A stretch of DNA of 19,155 bases from Armatimonadia bacterium (GCA_039683575.1 JBDKRC010000285.1:1-19155), one strand, 5' to 3'; shown: positions 1 through 9,697, numbered from the stretch's first letter. Numbers and translations are program-made. Notes: generated from the letters alone by a model not told the origin.

Positions 1-663
1 CTGTAGCACGTCTGCCACTCGCCCCGCTGGCCAACGTCCCATTCCCACCTCAACCAGCGTCCCGATGATGATCCGCACCATCATGTACAAAAAGCCGTTG
101 CCCACCACACTCGCCTCAACAACGTCGCCCTCATGCTTGAGCCGCAGCGACTCTATCGTTCGCACCGATGTCTGCGCTGCTCCACCCGCTGCGCAGAAGG
201 CTGCGAAATCATGCTCGCCCACCAGGCTCTCCCCCGCCTCCTGCATCGCCTGCAGGTCAAGCGGCTCTCGCACATGCCACGCGTACCGCCCAATGAATGG
301 CGAGGGCAACTCGCGGTTCAGGATGCGATACACGTACTGCTTGCGCAGCGCCGCGTACTGCGGGTGAAAGCTCTCCGGCACGACTTCAGCAGAGAGGCAG
401 ACGATGTCTCGCGGGAGCAGATCATTCAGTGCTCGCGGCACCCGCTCGGCGGGTATTCCGTGGCTGGTAGTGAAGCACACTACCTGCCCGCAAGCATGCA
501 CTCCGGCATCCGTCCGGCTGGCTCCTCTGACCCCGACCTGCTCGCCCAACAGCCGGCTCAGTGCCCACTCCACCTCTGCCTGCACAGTCGGAAACTCCGG
601 CTGAACCTGAAAGCCGGCGTAATCCGTGCCATCGTATTGCACGACCAGGCGCACTTGCCGCAT
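1..663 (-). CDS. truA: tRNA pseudouridine(38-40) synthase TruA, 3' end truncated by window edge
   Basis: Not in the ORF track; translated manually from ATG 663: MRQVRLVVQYDGTDYAGFQVQP...GASRTDAGVHACGQV...GNGFLYMMVRII. Contains the TruA YDG and RTDAGVHA (catalytic Asp) motifs; usual position after rplQ. Confidence 0.96.
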   Translation of the reverse strand, partial: MRQVRLVVQYDGTDYAGFQVQPEFPTVQAEVEWALSRLLGEQVGVRGASRTDAGVHACGQVVCFTTSHGIPAERVPRALNDLLPRDIVCLSAEVVPESFHPQYAALRKQYVYRILNRELPSPFIGRYAWHVREPLDLQAMQEAGESLVGEHDFAAFCAAGGAAQTSVRTIESLRLKHEGDVVEASVVGNGFLYMMVRIIIGTLVEVGMGRWPAGRVADVLQ

Positions 664-701
664 TATCAATTGTCAATGTTGCCCACAACTGGGGCAATTA
701 T

Positions 702-1055
702 CTACTCAGACAGCTCAAGGATGGCCATCTGGGACGCGTCGCCGCGCCGCTGACCCGCGGGGATGATGCGGGTGTAGCCGCCCGGCCGATCGGTGAACCG
801 CGGGGCGACCTCGGCAAACAGATGGCCGACGAGATCCGGGTCCGGAATCGTCCGCAATACCTGGCGCCGGGCCGAAAGGTCGCCGCGCTTGGCCAGTGTG
901 ATCAGCTTGTCGGCTACGCGCCGGGCTTCCTTCGCCTTCGCCAGCGTGGTCTTGATATGATTGTGCCGAAACAGGCTGGATACCAGCGCCCGCAACAACG
1001 CGTCGCGCTGATCTGTCGGCCGACCCAGCCTGCGATGATCCTTTAGATGCCGCAT
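702..1055 (-). CDS. rplQ: 50S ribosomal protein bL17
   Basis: MRHLKDHRRLGR...IKTTLAKAKE...RPGGYTRII...RRGDASQMAILEL. Start reassigned to ATG 1055, which has a GGGAGG SD. Confidence 0.97.
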   Translation of the reverse strand: MRHLKDHRRLGRPTDQRDALLRALVSSLFRHNHIKTTLAKAKEARRVADKLITLAKRGDLSARRQVLRTIPDPDLVGHLFAEVAPRFTDRPGGYTRIIPAGQRRGDASQMAILELSE

Positions 1056-1121
1056 CTCGTCCTCCCAGCAAACTGCTGAAACCCAACTGTGGCCTTGGTG
1101 GGCCAACTCTGGGGCTGATAT

Positions 1122-2096
1122 CTAGTCTTCGTCAGCGCTACCGCCGGCCAGGCTCAGATCGTACTGCTGCAGCCTCTCCAGCACTTCGTCCAGCGACCGC
1201 CGACCAAAGTTGCGAATGTTGAGCAACTCGTTCTCATTGCGCTGGATCAGCTCGCCCAGCGTATTGATGTTTTCCTTCTTCAGGCAGTTGAAGGTGCGCA
1301 CTGAGAACTCGACATCCTCAATCGGGGTGTCCAGGATCTTGTTGCGCACTTCATCTTCGGCCGGCACGGCTTCGGCCGGCGCCGCCACTTCCTCAGCAGC
1401 GCCAAGGAAGATCGTGATGTACTCGCGCAGATGCCGTGCGGCCTGTCGCAGCGCGTCTTCGGGGCTCACAGTGCCGTTGCCCCAGACCTCGAGCACCAGG
1501 CGGTCGAGGTTAGTCCGGCTACCCAGGCGGGTCGGCTCCACGTGGTAGTTCGCGCGAGCTATGGGCGAGAACACTGCGTCAACCGGGATTACGTCCAGAG
1601 CTGTCTGCGAGCGGTCACGCTCTTCAGTCGGCACGTAACCCACGCCCAGCTTGACCCACATGTCGATGTTGATCTCAGTCTCGTCGTCGGAGATCTCCAG
1701 GATGTGCGCTTCGGGGTTGATGATCTCGACATTCGGCGGCGTCTGGATGTCGGCGGCGAGAACCTCGCCTGCACCCTTCTTCCGTAGATGAACGATGATC
1801 TCTTCTTCCTGCCCCTCTTCCGTCTCGCTCGGCGTCACCTTGATCGCCAACTCGCGGATGTTGAGGATAATCTCGGTGGTATCCTCGATGATCCCGGGAA
1901 GCGTGGTGAACTCGTGCAGCGCGCCGTTGATCCGAACGTCGGTGACAGCGGCGCCCTCAATGTGGGCTATCAGGATACGCCGAAAGGCATTGCCCAACGT
2001 GTCCCCGTAGCCCCGCTCCAACGGCTCGACGGCGAAGCGGCCATACGTGTCCGTCAGTTCCAGCGGCTGCACCTTGGGGTTCAAGCCTTGTAACAT
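1122..2096 (-). CDS. rpoA: RNA polymerase alpha subunit
   Basis: EPLERGYGDTLGNAFRRIL, HEF, alpha-CTD FSVRTFNCLK...NFGRRSL; AGGAG SD. Confidence 0.98.
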   Translation of the reverse strand: MLQGLNPKVQPLELTDTYGRFAVEPLERGYGDTLGNAFRRILIAHIEGAAVTDVRINGALHEFTTLPGIIEDTTEIILNIRELAIKVTPSETEEGQEEEIIVHLRKKGAGEVLAADIQTPPNVEIINPEAHILEISDDETEINIDMWVKLGVGYVPTEERDRSQTALDVIPVDAVFSPIARANYHVEPTRLGSRTNLDRLVLEVWGNGTVSPEDALRQAARHLREYITIFLGAAEEVAAPAEAVPAEDEVRNKILDTPIEDVEFSVRTFNCLKKENINTLGELIQRNENELLNIRNFGRRSLDEVLERLQQYDLSLAGGSADED

Positions 2097-2178
2097 GATG
2101 ATCTCCTAAACAACTGCTATCACGCCAGTGCGGTGCGCGCGCCGGCAGCGCGCGCGGGTGGTACTGCCCACGGGTCTC

Positions 2179-2811
2179 TTACCGCGAGTAGAACTCCACA
2201 ACCTGCTGCTCGTCCACCTGCGTATCGATCTGCTCGCGGGACGGGATGGCGTTGATCGTAACGGTCCGGTTCTGGTAATCCACCGTCATCCATTCGGGGA
2301 TGGGGCGGCCAGCCGCGGCCTTGAGTTCCTTGAACGGCCCGGCGTCCTTGCTGTTGTCCTTGACCTTGATGACATCGCCCGCGCGCACCAGCGCCGATGG
2401 CACGTTCATCCGCTTGTCATTGAGCTGGAAGTGCCCGTGGCTGACCAGCTGGCGGCTCTCGGAACGGCTCGAGGCCAGACCGGACCGGTAGATGACGTTA
2501 TCGAGGCGACGCTCCAGAAGCTGCAGCAGCACTTCGCCAGTAACGCCCCCGGCACGCTCCGCCTGGCCAACATAGCCGCGGAACTGCTTCTCGAGCACAC
2601 CGTAGATGTACCGCATCTTCTGCTTCTCACGAAGCTGCTTGCCGTAGTCGCTCACGCGCCGGCGCTGCATCCGCTGTTCGCCACCCTGTCCGGGAGGATA
2701 TGCTTTCCTGGTCTGCGGGCAATGCTGACCATAGCAACGCTGCCCCTTGAGGAACATCTGCTGTCCCTCGCGCCGGCACAGCCGGCAAATAGCTTCCCTA
2801 TATCGTGCCAT
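2179..2811 (-). CDS. rpsD: 30S ribosomal protein uS4 (Cys-containing form)
   Basis: MARY...CRLCRREG...SDYGKQLREKQK...LERRLDNVIYR...VVEFYSR. Confidence 0.98.
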   Translation of the reverse strand: MARYREAICRLCRREGQQMFLKGQRCYGQHCPQTRKAYPPGQGGEQRMQRRRVSDYGKQLREKQKMRYIYGVLEKQFRGYVGQAERAGGVTGEVLLQLLERRLDNVIYRSGLASSRSESRQLVSHGHFQLNDKRMNVPSALVRAGDVIKVKDNSKDAGPFKELKAAAGRPIPEWMTVDYQNRTVTINAIPSREQIDTQVDEQQVVEFYSR

Positions 2812-2849
2812 TCAGGCCTTCACCTCCAGAAATCCCAGCCTCGCTCGCC

Positions 2850-3242
2850 CTAGACGCGACGCCGCTTCGGCGCGCGGCATCCGTTATGCGGCACGGGTGT
2901 AACGTCCTTGATGTTGACAACCTCAAGACCCGCTGCCTGCAGGGCTCGGATCGCCGTCTCGCGCCCGGAGCCAGGCCCCCGCACGAATACGTCTACCCGG
3001 GACATGCCGTAGTCCTGCGCCCGACGTGCCACGTTCTCGGCTGCCTGCTGGGCCGCAAACGGCGTGCCCTTCTTCGTGCCGGAGAACCCGATAGTGCCGG
3101 CGCTCGCCCACACTAGAACATTGCCTTCTTGATCAGCAATGCTGATGATGGTGTTGTTGAACGAGGACTTGATGTTCACGCGACCGTACGGGACCTGCCG
3201 CTTTACTTTCTTTGGTCCACGGGCGCCTTTTTGCTGTCGCAT
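2850..3242 (-). CDS. rpsK: 30S ribosomal protein uS11
   Basis: [42 protein letters not shown]. Confidence 0.98.
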   Translation of the reverse strand: MRQQKGARGPKKVKRQVPYGRVNIKSSFNNTIISIADQEGNVLVWASAGTIGFSGTKKGTPFAAQQAAENVARRAQDYGMSRVDVFVRGPGSGRETAIRALQAAGLEVVNIKDVTPVPHNGCRAPKRRRV

Positions 3243-3376
3243 ATTACTTCTGCCTCCGCAGGGTCTACGCTACCCCAGATGGGAAGATACTCGAATGAAC
3301 AGGAGTCTCCGGCACCGCCGACGCGCCTGTGCGCGTATTGGGTATCGGGGCCGAAGACCCCTACTTGGTCGCTCCA

Positions 3377-3760
3377 TTACGTCTTGCGCAGGGCCTTCTT
3401 CTTCCCGGCCACGGTCTTGCGCCGACCCTTGCGCGTCCGCGCGTTGGTCCGTGTGCGCTGCCCGTTTACCGGCAGGCCGCGGCGGTGCCGCATCCCTCGG
3501 TAGGTGCCGATCTCCACCAAACGCTGGATGTTCGAGGCCACTTCGCGCCGCTTATCACCCTCGATGGTGTAGTCGCGCTCGATGATCTCACGCAGCTTGG
3601 CGGCCTCGTCCTCGGTCACGTCGCGCATGCGCGTAGCCGGGTCGATACCAGCCATCTCCACGATCTTCTTCGCTGTGGTATGGCCGATGCCGTAGATATA
3701 GGTTAGAGCGATTCCAACTCGCTTGTCCCGCGGGACGTCAACGCCGACGATTCTTGGCAC
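3377..3760 (-). CDS. rpsM: 30S ribosomal protein uS13
   Basis: (M)[25 protein letters not shown]...[29 protein letters not shown] start at 3760 with AGGAGG SD. Confidence 0.98.
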   Translation of the reverse strand: MPRIVGVDVPRDKRVGIALTYIYGIGHTTAKKIVEMAGIDPATRMRDVTEDEAAKLREIIERDYTIEGDKRREVASNIQRLVEIGTYRGMRHRRGLPVNGQRTRTNARTRKGRRKTVAGKKKALRKT

Positions 3761-3793
3761 TGCACTGCCTCCTGGCAATCAACTAAGTCTAGA

Positions 3794-3907
3794 TTATCCC
3801 TGGCGCTGTTTGTGGCGCGGGTTCTCGCAGATCACCCGCACGATGCCATGCCGCCGAATGATCTTGCATTTGTCGCAACGCGGTTTGACTGATGCCGTTA
3901 CTTTCAT
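3794..3907 (-). CDS. rpmJ: 50S ribosomal protein bL36 (Zn-ribbon form)
   Basis: Not in the ORF track; manual translation [37 protein letters not shown] (37 aa), GGGAG SD. Confidence 0.97.
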   Translation of the reverse strand: MKVTASVKPRCDKCKIIRRHGIVRVICENPRHKQRQG

Positions 3908-3979
3908 CGAACTCCCTGCTTCCGTTCAACTCGCTGAGAGCGCAGGCATCCGCTGCCCGCATCTCCACTGAAACCCGCT

Positions 3980-4237
3980 CTATTTATGCAACCACGTAAT
4001 CCGACCTCGGGTCAGATCATATGGCGACAACTCTACAGTGACTTTGTCCCCCGCCATGACCTTGATGAACCGCATCCGGATCTTGCCGGACACGTGCGCC
4101 AGCACCTCATGCTTGTTGGGAAGCTCCACACGAAATACGGCATTCGGGAGCTTCTCAACTACGGTGCCCAGCACGCGAATCGCCTTTTGCCCCTTGTCCG
4201 TCTCTTCTTCCTGGCGGTGCTGCTTGTGTTTCCTCAT
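3980..4237 (-). CDS. infA: Translation initiation factor IF-1
   Basis: [10 protein letters not shown]...[39 protein letters not shown] overlap with the map stop codon. Confidence 0.97.
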   Translation of the reverse strand: MRKHKQHRQEEETDKGQKAIRVLGTVVEKLPNAVFRVELPNKHEVLAHVSGKIRMRFIKVMAGDKVTVELSPYDLTRGRITWLHK

Positions 4238-5037
4238 GCCCCGTTAGCCTTTGTCAAACTGGTTAGTACGAGCGGCTTGTCCTTCGTGACGGCCACTGTG
4301 TGCTCAAAATGTGCGCTCAGACGCCCGTCTGCCGTCCGCATCGTCCACCCGTCGCGGTCAAGCTTCAGCTCTGGACCGCCAGCGTTGACCATCGGCTCGA
4401 TGGCCAGCACCATTCCTGGCCGCAGCTTCAGATCGTAGTCCGCAAACTGACGCGGGCTGTAGAAATTCGGCACCTGCGGCGGCTCGTGCATCTGCCGGCC
4501 TATACCATGGCCGACCAGATCCGTCACGCAACTGAAGCCCTGTGCCTCAACGTACTCCTGGATCGCCTTGCTGATATCGCCCAGGAATTTGCCTGCCACA
4601 GCCTGCTCGATTCCCACCCAGAGGGCGTGTTCAGTCGCTACCAGCAGACGCTCCGCCTCTTCACCAATCTCGCCGACTGCTACCGTGGTGGCGCTGTCCC
4701 CGTGGAAGCCCTCATAGAAAGCTCCTACGTCCAGCCCCACGACGTCCCCCTCCTGCACTACCTCAGTGGTCCGAGGAATGCCGTGAACGACTATATCGTT
4801 GATCTCGACACACAGGGTGCCAGGATAGCCGCGATAGCCTTTGAAGCTGGGCACGGCGCCTGCCGAGCGAATCACTTCCTCGGCGATCTTGTCAAGCTCC
4901 AGACTGCTGATACCGGGACGCACGGCCTTTGCCGCTACATCCAGGGCCTCTGCCGTGATCTTCCCGGCGAGGGCCATAATCTCAATCTCTTCTTCACTCT
5001 TGCGCAGGACCTTGAGGTTGCGCGACTTACCAACCAT
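4234..5037 (-). CDS. map: Methionine aminopeptidase type I
   Basis: VVHGIP, DVG...GDS, GHGIG...[15 protein letters not shown] metal-ligand motifs. Confidence 0.97.
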   Translation of the reverse strand: MVGKSRNLKVLRKSEEEIEIMALAGKITAEALDVAAKAVRPGISSLELDKIAEEVIRSAGAVPSFKGYRGYPGTLCVEINDIVVHGIPRTTEVVQEGDVVGLDVGAFYEGFHGDSATTVAVGEIGEEAERLLVATEHALWVGIEQAVAGKFLGDISKAIQEYVEAQGFSCVTDLVGHGIGRQMHEPPQVPNFYSPRQFADYDLKLRPGMVLAIEPMVNAGGPELKLDRDGWTMRTADGRLSAHFEHTVAVTKDKPLVLTSLTKANGA

Positions 5038-5040
5038 CTA

Positions 5041-5718
5041 CTACTTGCACTTCCTAACGCCTCGTGCCTGCAGAGCCTCGTCAACGCGCTGCGCCACTTC
5101 CGGCGGCGTCGCGCTGCCGTCAATTGTTACAAGGTTGCCTGTGTCGGTGTAGTATTGAACCAGCGGCATGGTCTGTCGGTGGTACACCGACAGCCGCTCG
5201 GAAATCGCTTCCACCTGGTCGTCTGCGCGCTGGTAGATCTCGCCACCGCACTGCGGGCACTTGTCACCCACGTCGAGGCCATCGCGATCGATGTGGAAGA
5301 TCGCGCCACAACCCCGACACATGCGCCGCCCGGTCAGACGCCGGAGTAGCACGTCATCAGGAACCACCAAGTTTACCACAACTGGGGGGTTCATGGCCAG
5401 ACTTTCCATGGCTTTTCCCAGGGCCTCGGCCTGTGGAAGGGTCCGCGGGAAGCCGTCGAGCAGCACGCCATTGGTCTGAATGTCCTCGGCCGCCAGACGC
5501 TCTTGCACGATTCCTATCACAAGCTCGTCCGTTACCAGTTCCCCGGCGTCCATGAAAGCCTTCGCCTTCAGGCCCAGTTCTGTCTGGCCGGCCACCGCAG
5601 CCCGCAGCATGTCGCCGGTCGACACGTGCACGACGCAGTAGTCGCTCACGAGCTGCTCGGCCTGCGTGCCCTTCCCCGCTCCGGGTGGTCCCAATAGGAT
5701 GAAGTTGGTCTGTGCCAT
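5041..5718 (-). CDS. adk: Adenylate kinase with Cys4 zinc LID
   Basis: GPPGAGKGTQA P-loop, STGDMLR, LLDGFPRT, LID CRGC...CPQC. Confidence 0.98.
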   Translation of the reverse strand: MAQTNFILLGPPGAGKGTQAEQLVSDYCVVHVSTGDMLRAAVAGQTELGLKAKAFMDAGELVTDELVIGIVQERLAAEDIQTNGVLLDGFPRTLPQAEALGKAMESLAMNPPVVVNLVVPDDVLLRRLTGRRMCRGCGAIFHIDRDGLDVGDKCPQCGGEIYQRADDQVEAISERLSVYHRQTMPLVQYYTDTGNLVTIDGSATPPEVAQRVDEALQARGVRKCK

Positions 5719-5747
5719 GTCTTTCCCGCCTCGGTAGCTCTGCTGCG

Positions 5748-7079
5748 TTACGACAGGAAGCCCTTGTAGTGCCGCATCAGAAGCTGCGCTTCAACCTGCT
5801 GCATCGTATCGAGAGCCACGCCAACAACGATGAGAAGCGAGGTGCCGCCGACCAGCCCGAACGTCCGCACTCCAGTGATATCGCCCACGTAGTACTGCAT
5901 CAGAGCGATGATGCCAAGGAAGATGGCCCCGGCCAGCGTTATGCGGTACAGGATCTTGTCCAGGTAATCACGCGTCCGCTCGCCTGGGCGGATGCCCGGG
6001 ATGGCTCCACCGTTCTTCTGCAGGTTCTCAGCGATCTGTTCGGGGTTGAACGTAACCGCCGTGTAGAAGTAGGTGAACACTACCACCATTGCAAAGTAGA
6101 GCAGCGAGGCGAACCAGTTCTGGCCAGGGGTGGTGAAGTCCACCATCGCAGCGATTGCATTGCGGACCTGGTCAGACGTGACGGGCAGTATCCGTGCGAC
6201 CCCGTCGACAAACCCAGGACTGTTCAGGAAGCTCGCAATGGTTGCCGGGAACATGACCACTGAGATTGCGAAGATGATCGGGATAACGCCAGCCTGGTTG
6301 ACGCGCAGCGGCAGGAACGTTGTCTGGCCGCCCCAGACTTTGTTGCCTTTTACGCGCTTGGCGTACTGGACTGGGATCTTTCGCTGCGCCTGCTGGACCT
6401 TGACGATCCCGTAGATCGTGCCCAGGAAGATCAGCAGCAGGAAGGCAATATTGGCCAACCCGATTTCGCGACCCACATACAGGACTGTCGTCTGGGCTAC
6501 CTGCTGCGGGATCGAGGTCATGATGCCCACAAAGATGATGAGCGAAATGCCCTGACCGATGCCCTTGGTGGTGATCATGTCTCCAAGCCACATCAGGAAC
6601 GAGGTCCCAGCGGTCATCATCAGGATGCCAAAGATCGTCTCCAACCAACCGCCGGAGTACGCCCCGGCGCTACGGAACCACGTGATCATGCCGGCTGCCT
6701 GGATGATTGCCAGACCCACCGTCATGTACTTCGTCCAGGCATTGATCTTCTTCTGGCCGTATTCGCCCTCTTTTTGCAGCTGCTCCAGTTGCGGGATCGC
6801 CATCACCAGGAGCTGCATGATAATCGAGGCGTTAATGTAGGGCATGATGCCCAGAGCCAGAACCGAGAAACGCTTCAGCGATCCCCCGACGAATGTGTTG
6901 AACAATTCGAAAATGTTGCCGCCCTGGAACAGGTTGGCGAGCTTCTCGATGTCCACACCAGGCATCGGCACGTGGGCACACCCGGCATATACGGCAAACA
7001 TCGCCATCACAAAGAAGATGCGCTGCCTGACGTCAGGAAGCCGAAGAGCGGTTGCCAGCGCGGCCAGACGCTGTTTCAT
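5748..7079 (-). CDS. secY: Preprotein translocase subunit SecY
   Basis: ALGIMPYINASII, GIGQGISLIIF, GVIPIIFA, IPGIRPGE, GGTSLLIVVGVA; multiple hydrophobic segments. Confidence 0.98.
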   Translation of the reverse strand: MKQRLAALATALRLPDVRQRIFFVMAMFAVYAGCAHVPMPGVDIEKLANLFQGGNIFELFNTFVGGSLKRFSVLALGIMPYINASIIMQLLVMAIPQLEQLQKEGEYGQKKINAWTKYMTVGLAIIQAAGMITWFRSAGAYSGGWLETIFGILMMTAGTSFLMWLGDMITTKGIGQGISLIIFVGIMTSIPQQVAQTTVLYVGREIGLANIAFLLLIFLGTIYGIVKVQQAQRKIPVQYAKRVKGNKVWGGQTTFLPLRVNQAGVIPIIFAISVVMFPATIASFLNSPGFVDGVARILPVTSDQVRNAIAAMVDFTTPGQNWFASLLYFAMVVVFTYFYTAVTFNPEQIAENLQKNGGAIPGIRPGERTRDYLDKILYRITLAGAIFLGIIALMQYYVGDITGVRTFGLVGGTSLLIVVGVALDTMQQVEAQLLMRHYKGFLS

Positions 7080-7540
7080 CCGGCGATCACCTCAACGCTG
7101 CCACCCGCCGCCTCGATCTTCGCCTTGGCGCTTTCACTAACGGCATGCGCGCGTATCGTCAGAGCCTTGGTCAACTCGCCGGTGGCGAGGATCTTCAGGC
7201 CCTTCTTGCCCATCTTCTTGACCCAACCCAGCTCCTGCACCAGTTCCGGGGTGACCACGGTGCCTGCCTCCAGCCGGTCGAGCTGGCTGAGGTTCAGGAT
7301 CGAGTGCTGTTTGCGGAACATCCCGATGTTGTGTGACTTGTTCGAAGTCCCACGCAGCTTGGGCGTCCTCATGTAAAGCGGGTTCTGACCACCCTCAAAG
7401 CCAGGGCGGACATTAGTGCGGGCGTGCTGGCCCTTGATACCGCGACCGGCATACATGCCCTGTCCGGACCCCAACCCGCGGCCGATCCGCCTGGTCTTTT
7501 TGAGCTTGCCTGAAGCGCGGCTTAGTTGACTGAGTTTCAT
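7076..7540 (-). CDS. rplO: 50S ribosomal protein uL15
   Basis: MKLSQL...RIGRGLGSG...GFEGGQNPL...KIEAAGG. ATG 7540 with GGGAG SD. Confidence 0.97.
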   Translation of the reverse strand: MKLSQLSRASGKLKKTRRIGRGLGSGQGMYAGRGIKGQHARTNVRPGFEGGQNPLYMRTPKLRGTSNKSHNIGMFRKQHSILNLSQLDRLEAGTVVTPELVQELGWVKKMGKKGLKILATGELTKALTIRAHAVSESAKAKIEAAGGSVEVIAG

Positions 7541-7634
7541 AATTGCTCCCGCCATCCGTACTGCTACTACGTTCATTCACCCGGGGGGGACTGTGCGCTC
7601 CCTACGAGAGAAAGAGCTTCACCCACCCGTTTGC

Positions 7635-7820
7635 TTACGCCGACTCCACCGTGACCATATGCTGCACCACGCGAAGCATTCCGTGCACGTCTGCCGTATC
7701 CGGCAACAGCACGCTCTGATGCGGCCGCTTCAGTCCCAGGGCCAACGCGGTCTTGCGCAGCTTGGGCTTTTGGCATATCAAACTTTTGGTCAGCGTGACC
7801 TTGATCTTGTTCTCGCTCAC
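7635..7820 (-). CDS. rpmD: 50S ribosomal protein uL30
   Basis: KIKVTLTKSLI...TALALGLKR...GMLRVVQHMVTVE. GTG start with GAGGAGG SD. Confidence 0.95.
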   Translation of the reverse strand: MSENKIKVTLTKSLICQKPKLRKTALALGLKRPHQSVLLPDTADVHGMLRVVQHMVTVESA

Positions 7821-7877
7821 TGCTACGGCCTCCTCGAACCGGCTCTGCCGGAATGACGGGTTGCCCGTCCGTTGCCT

Positions 7878-8246
7878 CTAGAACTCCAGGCCACCCTCAC
7901 GCGCCGCGTCGGCCAGGGCCTTGACCCGGCCATGGAAGGGGCGCCCGCTGCGGTCGAAGACGACGGCGCTCACGCCCGCGGCCTTGGCCCGCTCAGCAAT
8001 CGCCTTGCCGATGGCCTGCGCCGCGGCAATATCGCTCTTGCTCTTGAGGCTCTCGCTGATGGTCTTGTCCAGCGTGGTCGCCGCGGCCAGCGTGCGTCCC
8101 GTGCTGTCATCAATGACCTGCACGTGGATGTGCCGCAGGCTGCGGAATACCGATAGTCGCGGCCGCTCCGGCGTACCGGATACCTTCCGCCGCACCCGGC
8201 TCTTGCGCCGCAATAGGCTCTGTTGCTTATCTCTGAGTCTGCTCAT
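7878..8246 (-). CDS. rplR: 50S ribosomal protein uL18
   Basis: [25 protein letters not shown]...[18 protein letters not shown]. Confidence 0.98.
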   Translation of the reverse strand: MSRLRDKQQSLLRRKSRVRRKVSGTPERPRLSVFRSLRHIHVQVIDDSTGRTLAAATTLDKTISESLKSKSDIAAAQAIGKAIAERAKAAGVSAVVFDRSGRPFHGRVKALADAAREGGLEF

Positions 8247-8339
8247 CGTTTCCCTGCCGTATCTGCCGCCTCGTTCGACCTGGCACCAAATCTACCAGCT
8301 CAGGCGACTCGCTTTCGCGCACGGTGCGCTGATTTTCGA

Positions 8340-8885
8340 CTAACCGCCGGCCTTCGACTTGCCAGCCTTGCGGCGGACCAATTCGCCCTGATAGCGGATG
8401 CCCTTGCCCTGGTAGGGCTCGACCTTCCGCAGCTTCCGGATCTCAGCAGCCGTCTGCCCCACCATCTGCTTGTCCGGACCTTTGACGATTACGTTCGTCG
8501 TACCCTCGACCTCGAGCGTCACGGTCGGGCGGGGCTCAACCACCACGGGGTGCGAGAAGCCCAGGCGCAGGAGCAGGTTATTCCCCTGCTTCTCAGCGCG
8601 GTAGCCGACGCCGTTGATCTCGAGACGCTTGCTGAAGCCCTCGGTGACCCCCGTCACCATGTTGGCCAGCAGCGCCCGTGTCAAACCATGCAGTGACCGG
8701 TTCTCGCGCTGGTCGTTGGGCCGCGTGATGACAATCTTGCCGTCCTCGACCACGATTGTCAGGTTAGGGCTGAAGCTGCTATTGAGCTCCCCACCGGGGC
8801 CCTTCACCGTCACGGCATTGCCCTCGGCGACGGTCACCGTTACGCCCTTGGGTATGGGAATGGGTTGTTTGCCAATCCTGGACAT
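8340..8885 (-). CDS. rplF: 50S ribosomal protein uL6
   Basis: [39 protein letters not shown]. Confidence 0.98.
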   Translation of the reverse strand: MSRIGKQPIPIPKGVTVTVAEGNAVTVKGPGGELNSSFSPNLTIVVEDGKIVITRPNDQRENRSLHGLTRALLANMVTGVTEGFSKRLEINGVGYRAEKQGNNLLLRLGFSHPVVVEPRPTVTLEVEGTTNVIVKGPDKQMVGQTAAEIRKLRKVEPYQGKGIRYQGELVRRKAGKSKAGG

Positions 8886-8934
8886 GATTCAAATCACCCT
8901 TCAAACGCACCCGAGTCCGGGCGCGGCACACTCG

Positions 8935-9369
8935 CTACCAGATATACCCGATGACCTCGCCGCCGATGCCGCGCTTGCGCGCTTCGCGTGACGTCATGAT
9001 GCCTTCGCTCGTAGATACAATGCAGACGCCAAGGCCGTTGAAAACGCGCGGCAGCTTGTCCTTCTGCACGTATACGCGCCGACCGGGCTTGCTGATCCGC
9101 TTCAGCCCACGCAGAACCGGCTCACGGTTCGCGTCGTACTTCAGCCTGATGCGCAAGCTTTGACCCTTGCCCACGAGTTGGAAGCCACGGATGTAGCCCT
9201 CCTCGTGGAGAATCTTGGCGATCTCGCGCTTGATCTTCGACACCGGCACCTTGACGTTGGCATGCTTCGCCTGTGCCGCGTTGCGGATCCGCGTGAGCAT
9301 GTCAGCAATCGGGTCTGATACCACGCCCGTGCCTTTGACTCCCGCTGTGTCAGTGCTCGCTTGTTTCAT
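8935..9369 (-). CDS. rpsH: 30S ribosomal protein uS8
   Basis: [49 protein letters not shown]. Start is either ATG 9369 (GGAG SD, 15-aa extension) or GTG 9324. Confidence 0.96.
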   Translation of the reverse strand: MKQASTDTAGVKGTGVVSDPIADMLTRIRNAAQAKHANVKVPVSKIKREIAKILHEEGYIRGFQLVGKGQSLRIRLKYDANREPVLRGLKRISKPGRRVYVQKDKLPRVFNGLGVCIVSTSEGIMTSREARKRGIGGEVIGYIW

Positions 9370-9443
9370 GAGCCTATCTCCACCCGACCTGCTCGTATTG
9401 GAAGAACGCTCCATCGGGAGCCTTCCTGTGGATGTCGCAGCCA

Positions 9444-9629
9444 TTACCAACTCGACTTCCGTACGCCCGGAATGTTGCCCGACAGTGCATTCTCGCGGAA
9501 GCAAATTCGGCACATGCCAAACGGCCTCATGTAGCCGCGCCGCCGTCCGCAGATCATGCAGCGGTTATAGGCCTGCGTCGAAAACTTCGCCGGCCGCTTC
9601 TGCTTTGCTATCCAGGATTTCTTGGCCAA
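9444..9629 (-). CDS. rpsN: 30S ribosomal protein uS14, type Z
   Basis: 61 aa, RCMICGR...MCRICFRE...[11 protein letters not shown] start with AGGAGG SD. Confidence 0.97.
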   Translation of the reverse strand: MAKKSWIAKQKRPAKFSTQAYNRCMICGRRRGYMRPFGMCRICFRENALSGNIPGVRKSSW

Positions 9630-9697
9630 CTTGCGCCTCCTGATTACCCGACCAAATCAACTTAAGTACCAGGCGTTGCACACGCCCCTCGACCAGC

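Noticed and set aside
7583-7589. G7 homopolymer in the rpmD-rplO spacer
   Set aside because: Short and intergenic within an essential operon; no support for phase variation.
7635-8246. rplR and rpmD are in frame with a stop-free 19-codon linker (possible readthrough fusion or uS5 remnant)
   Set aside because: Likely chance in GC-rich DNA. rpmD has its own strong SD, and no frame of the linker resembles uS5.
9370-9513. Extended ORF-track starts (rpsH 192 aa; also rplQ, rpsM, rplO, rpsC, rpsJ, EF-G)
   Set aside because: The upstream starts lack an SD or overlap neighbouring genes. Downstream starts match family N-termini and have SDs.
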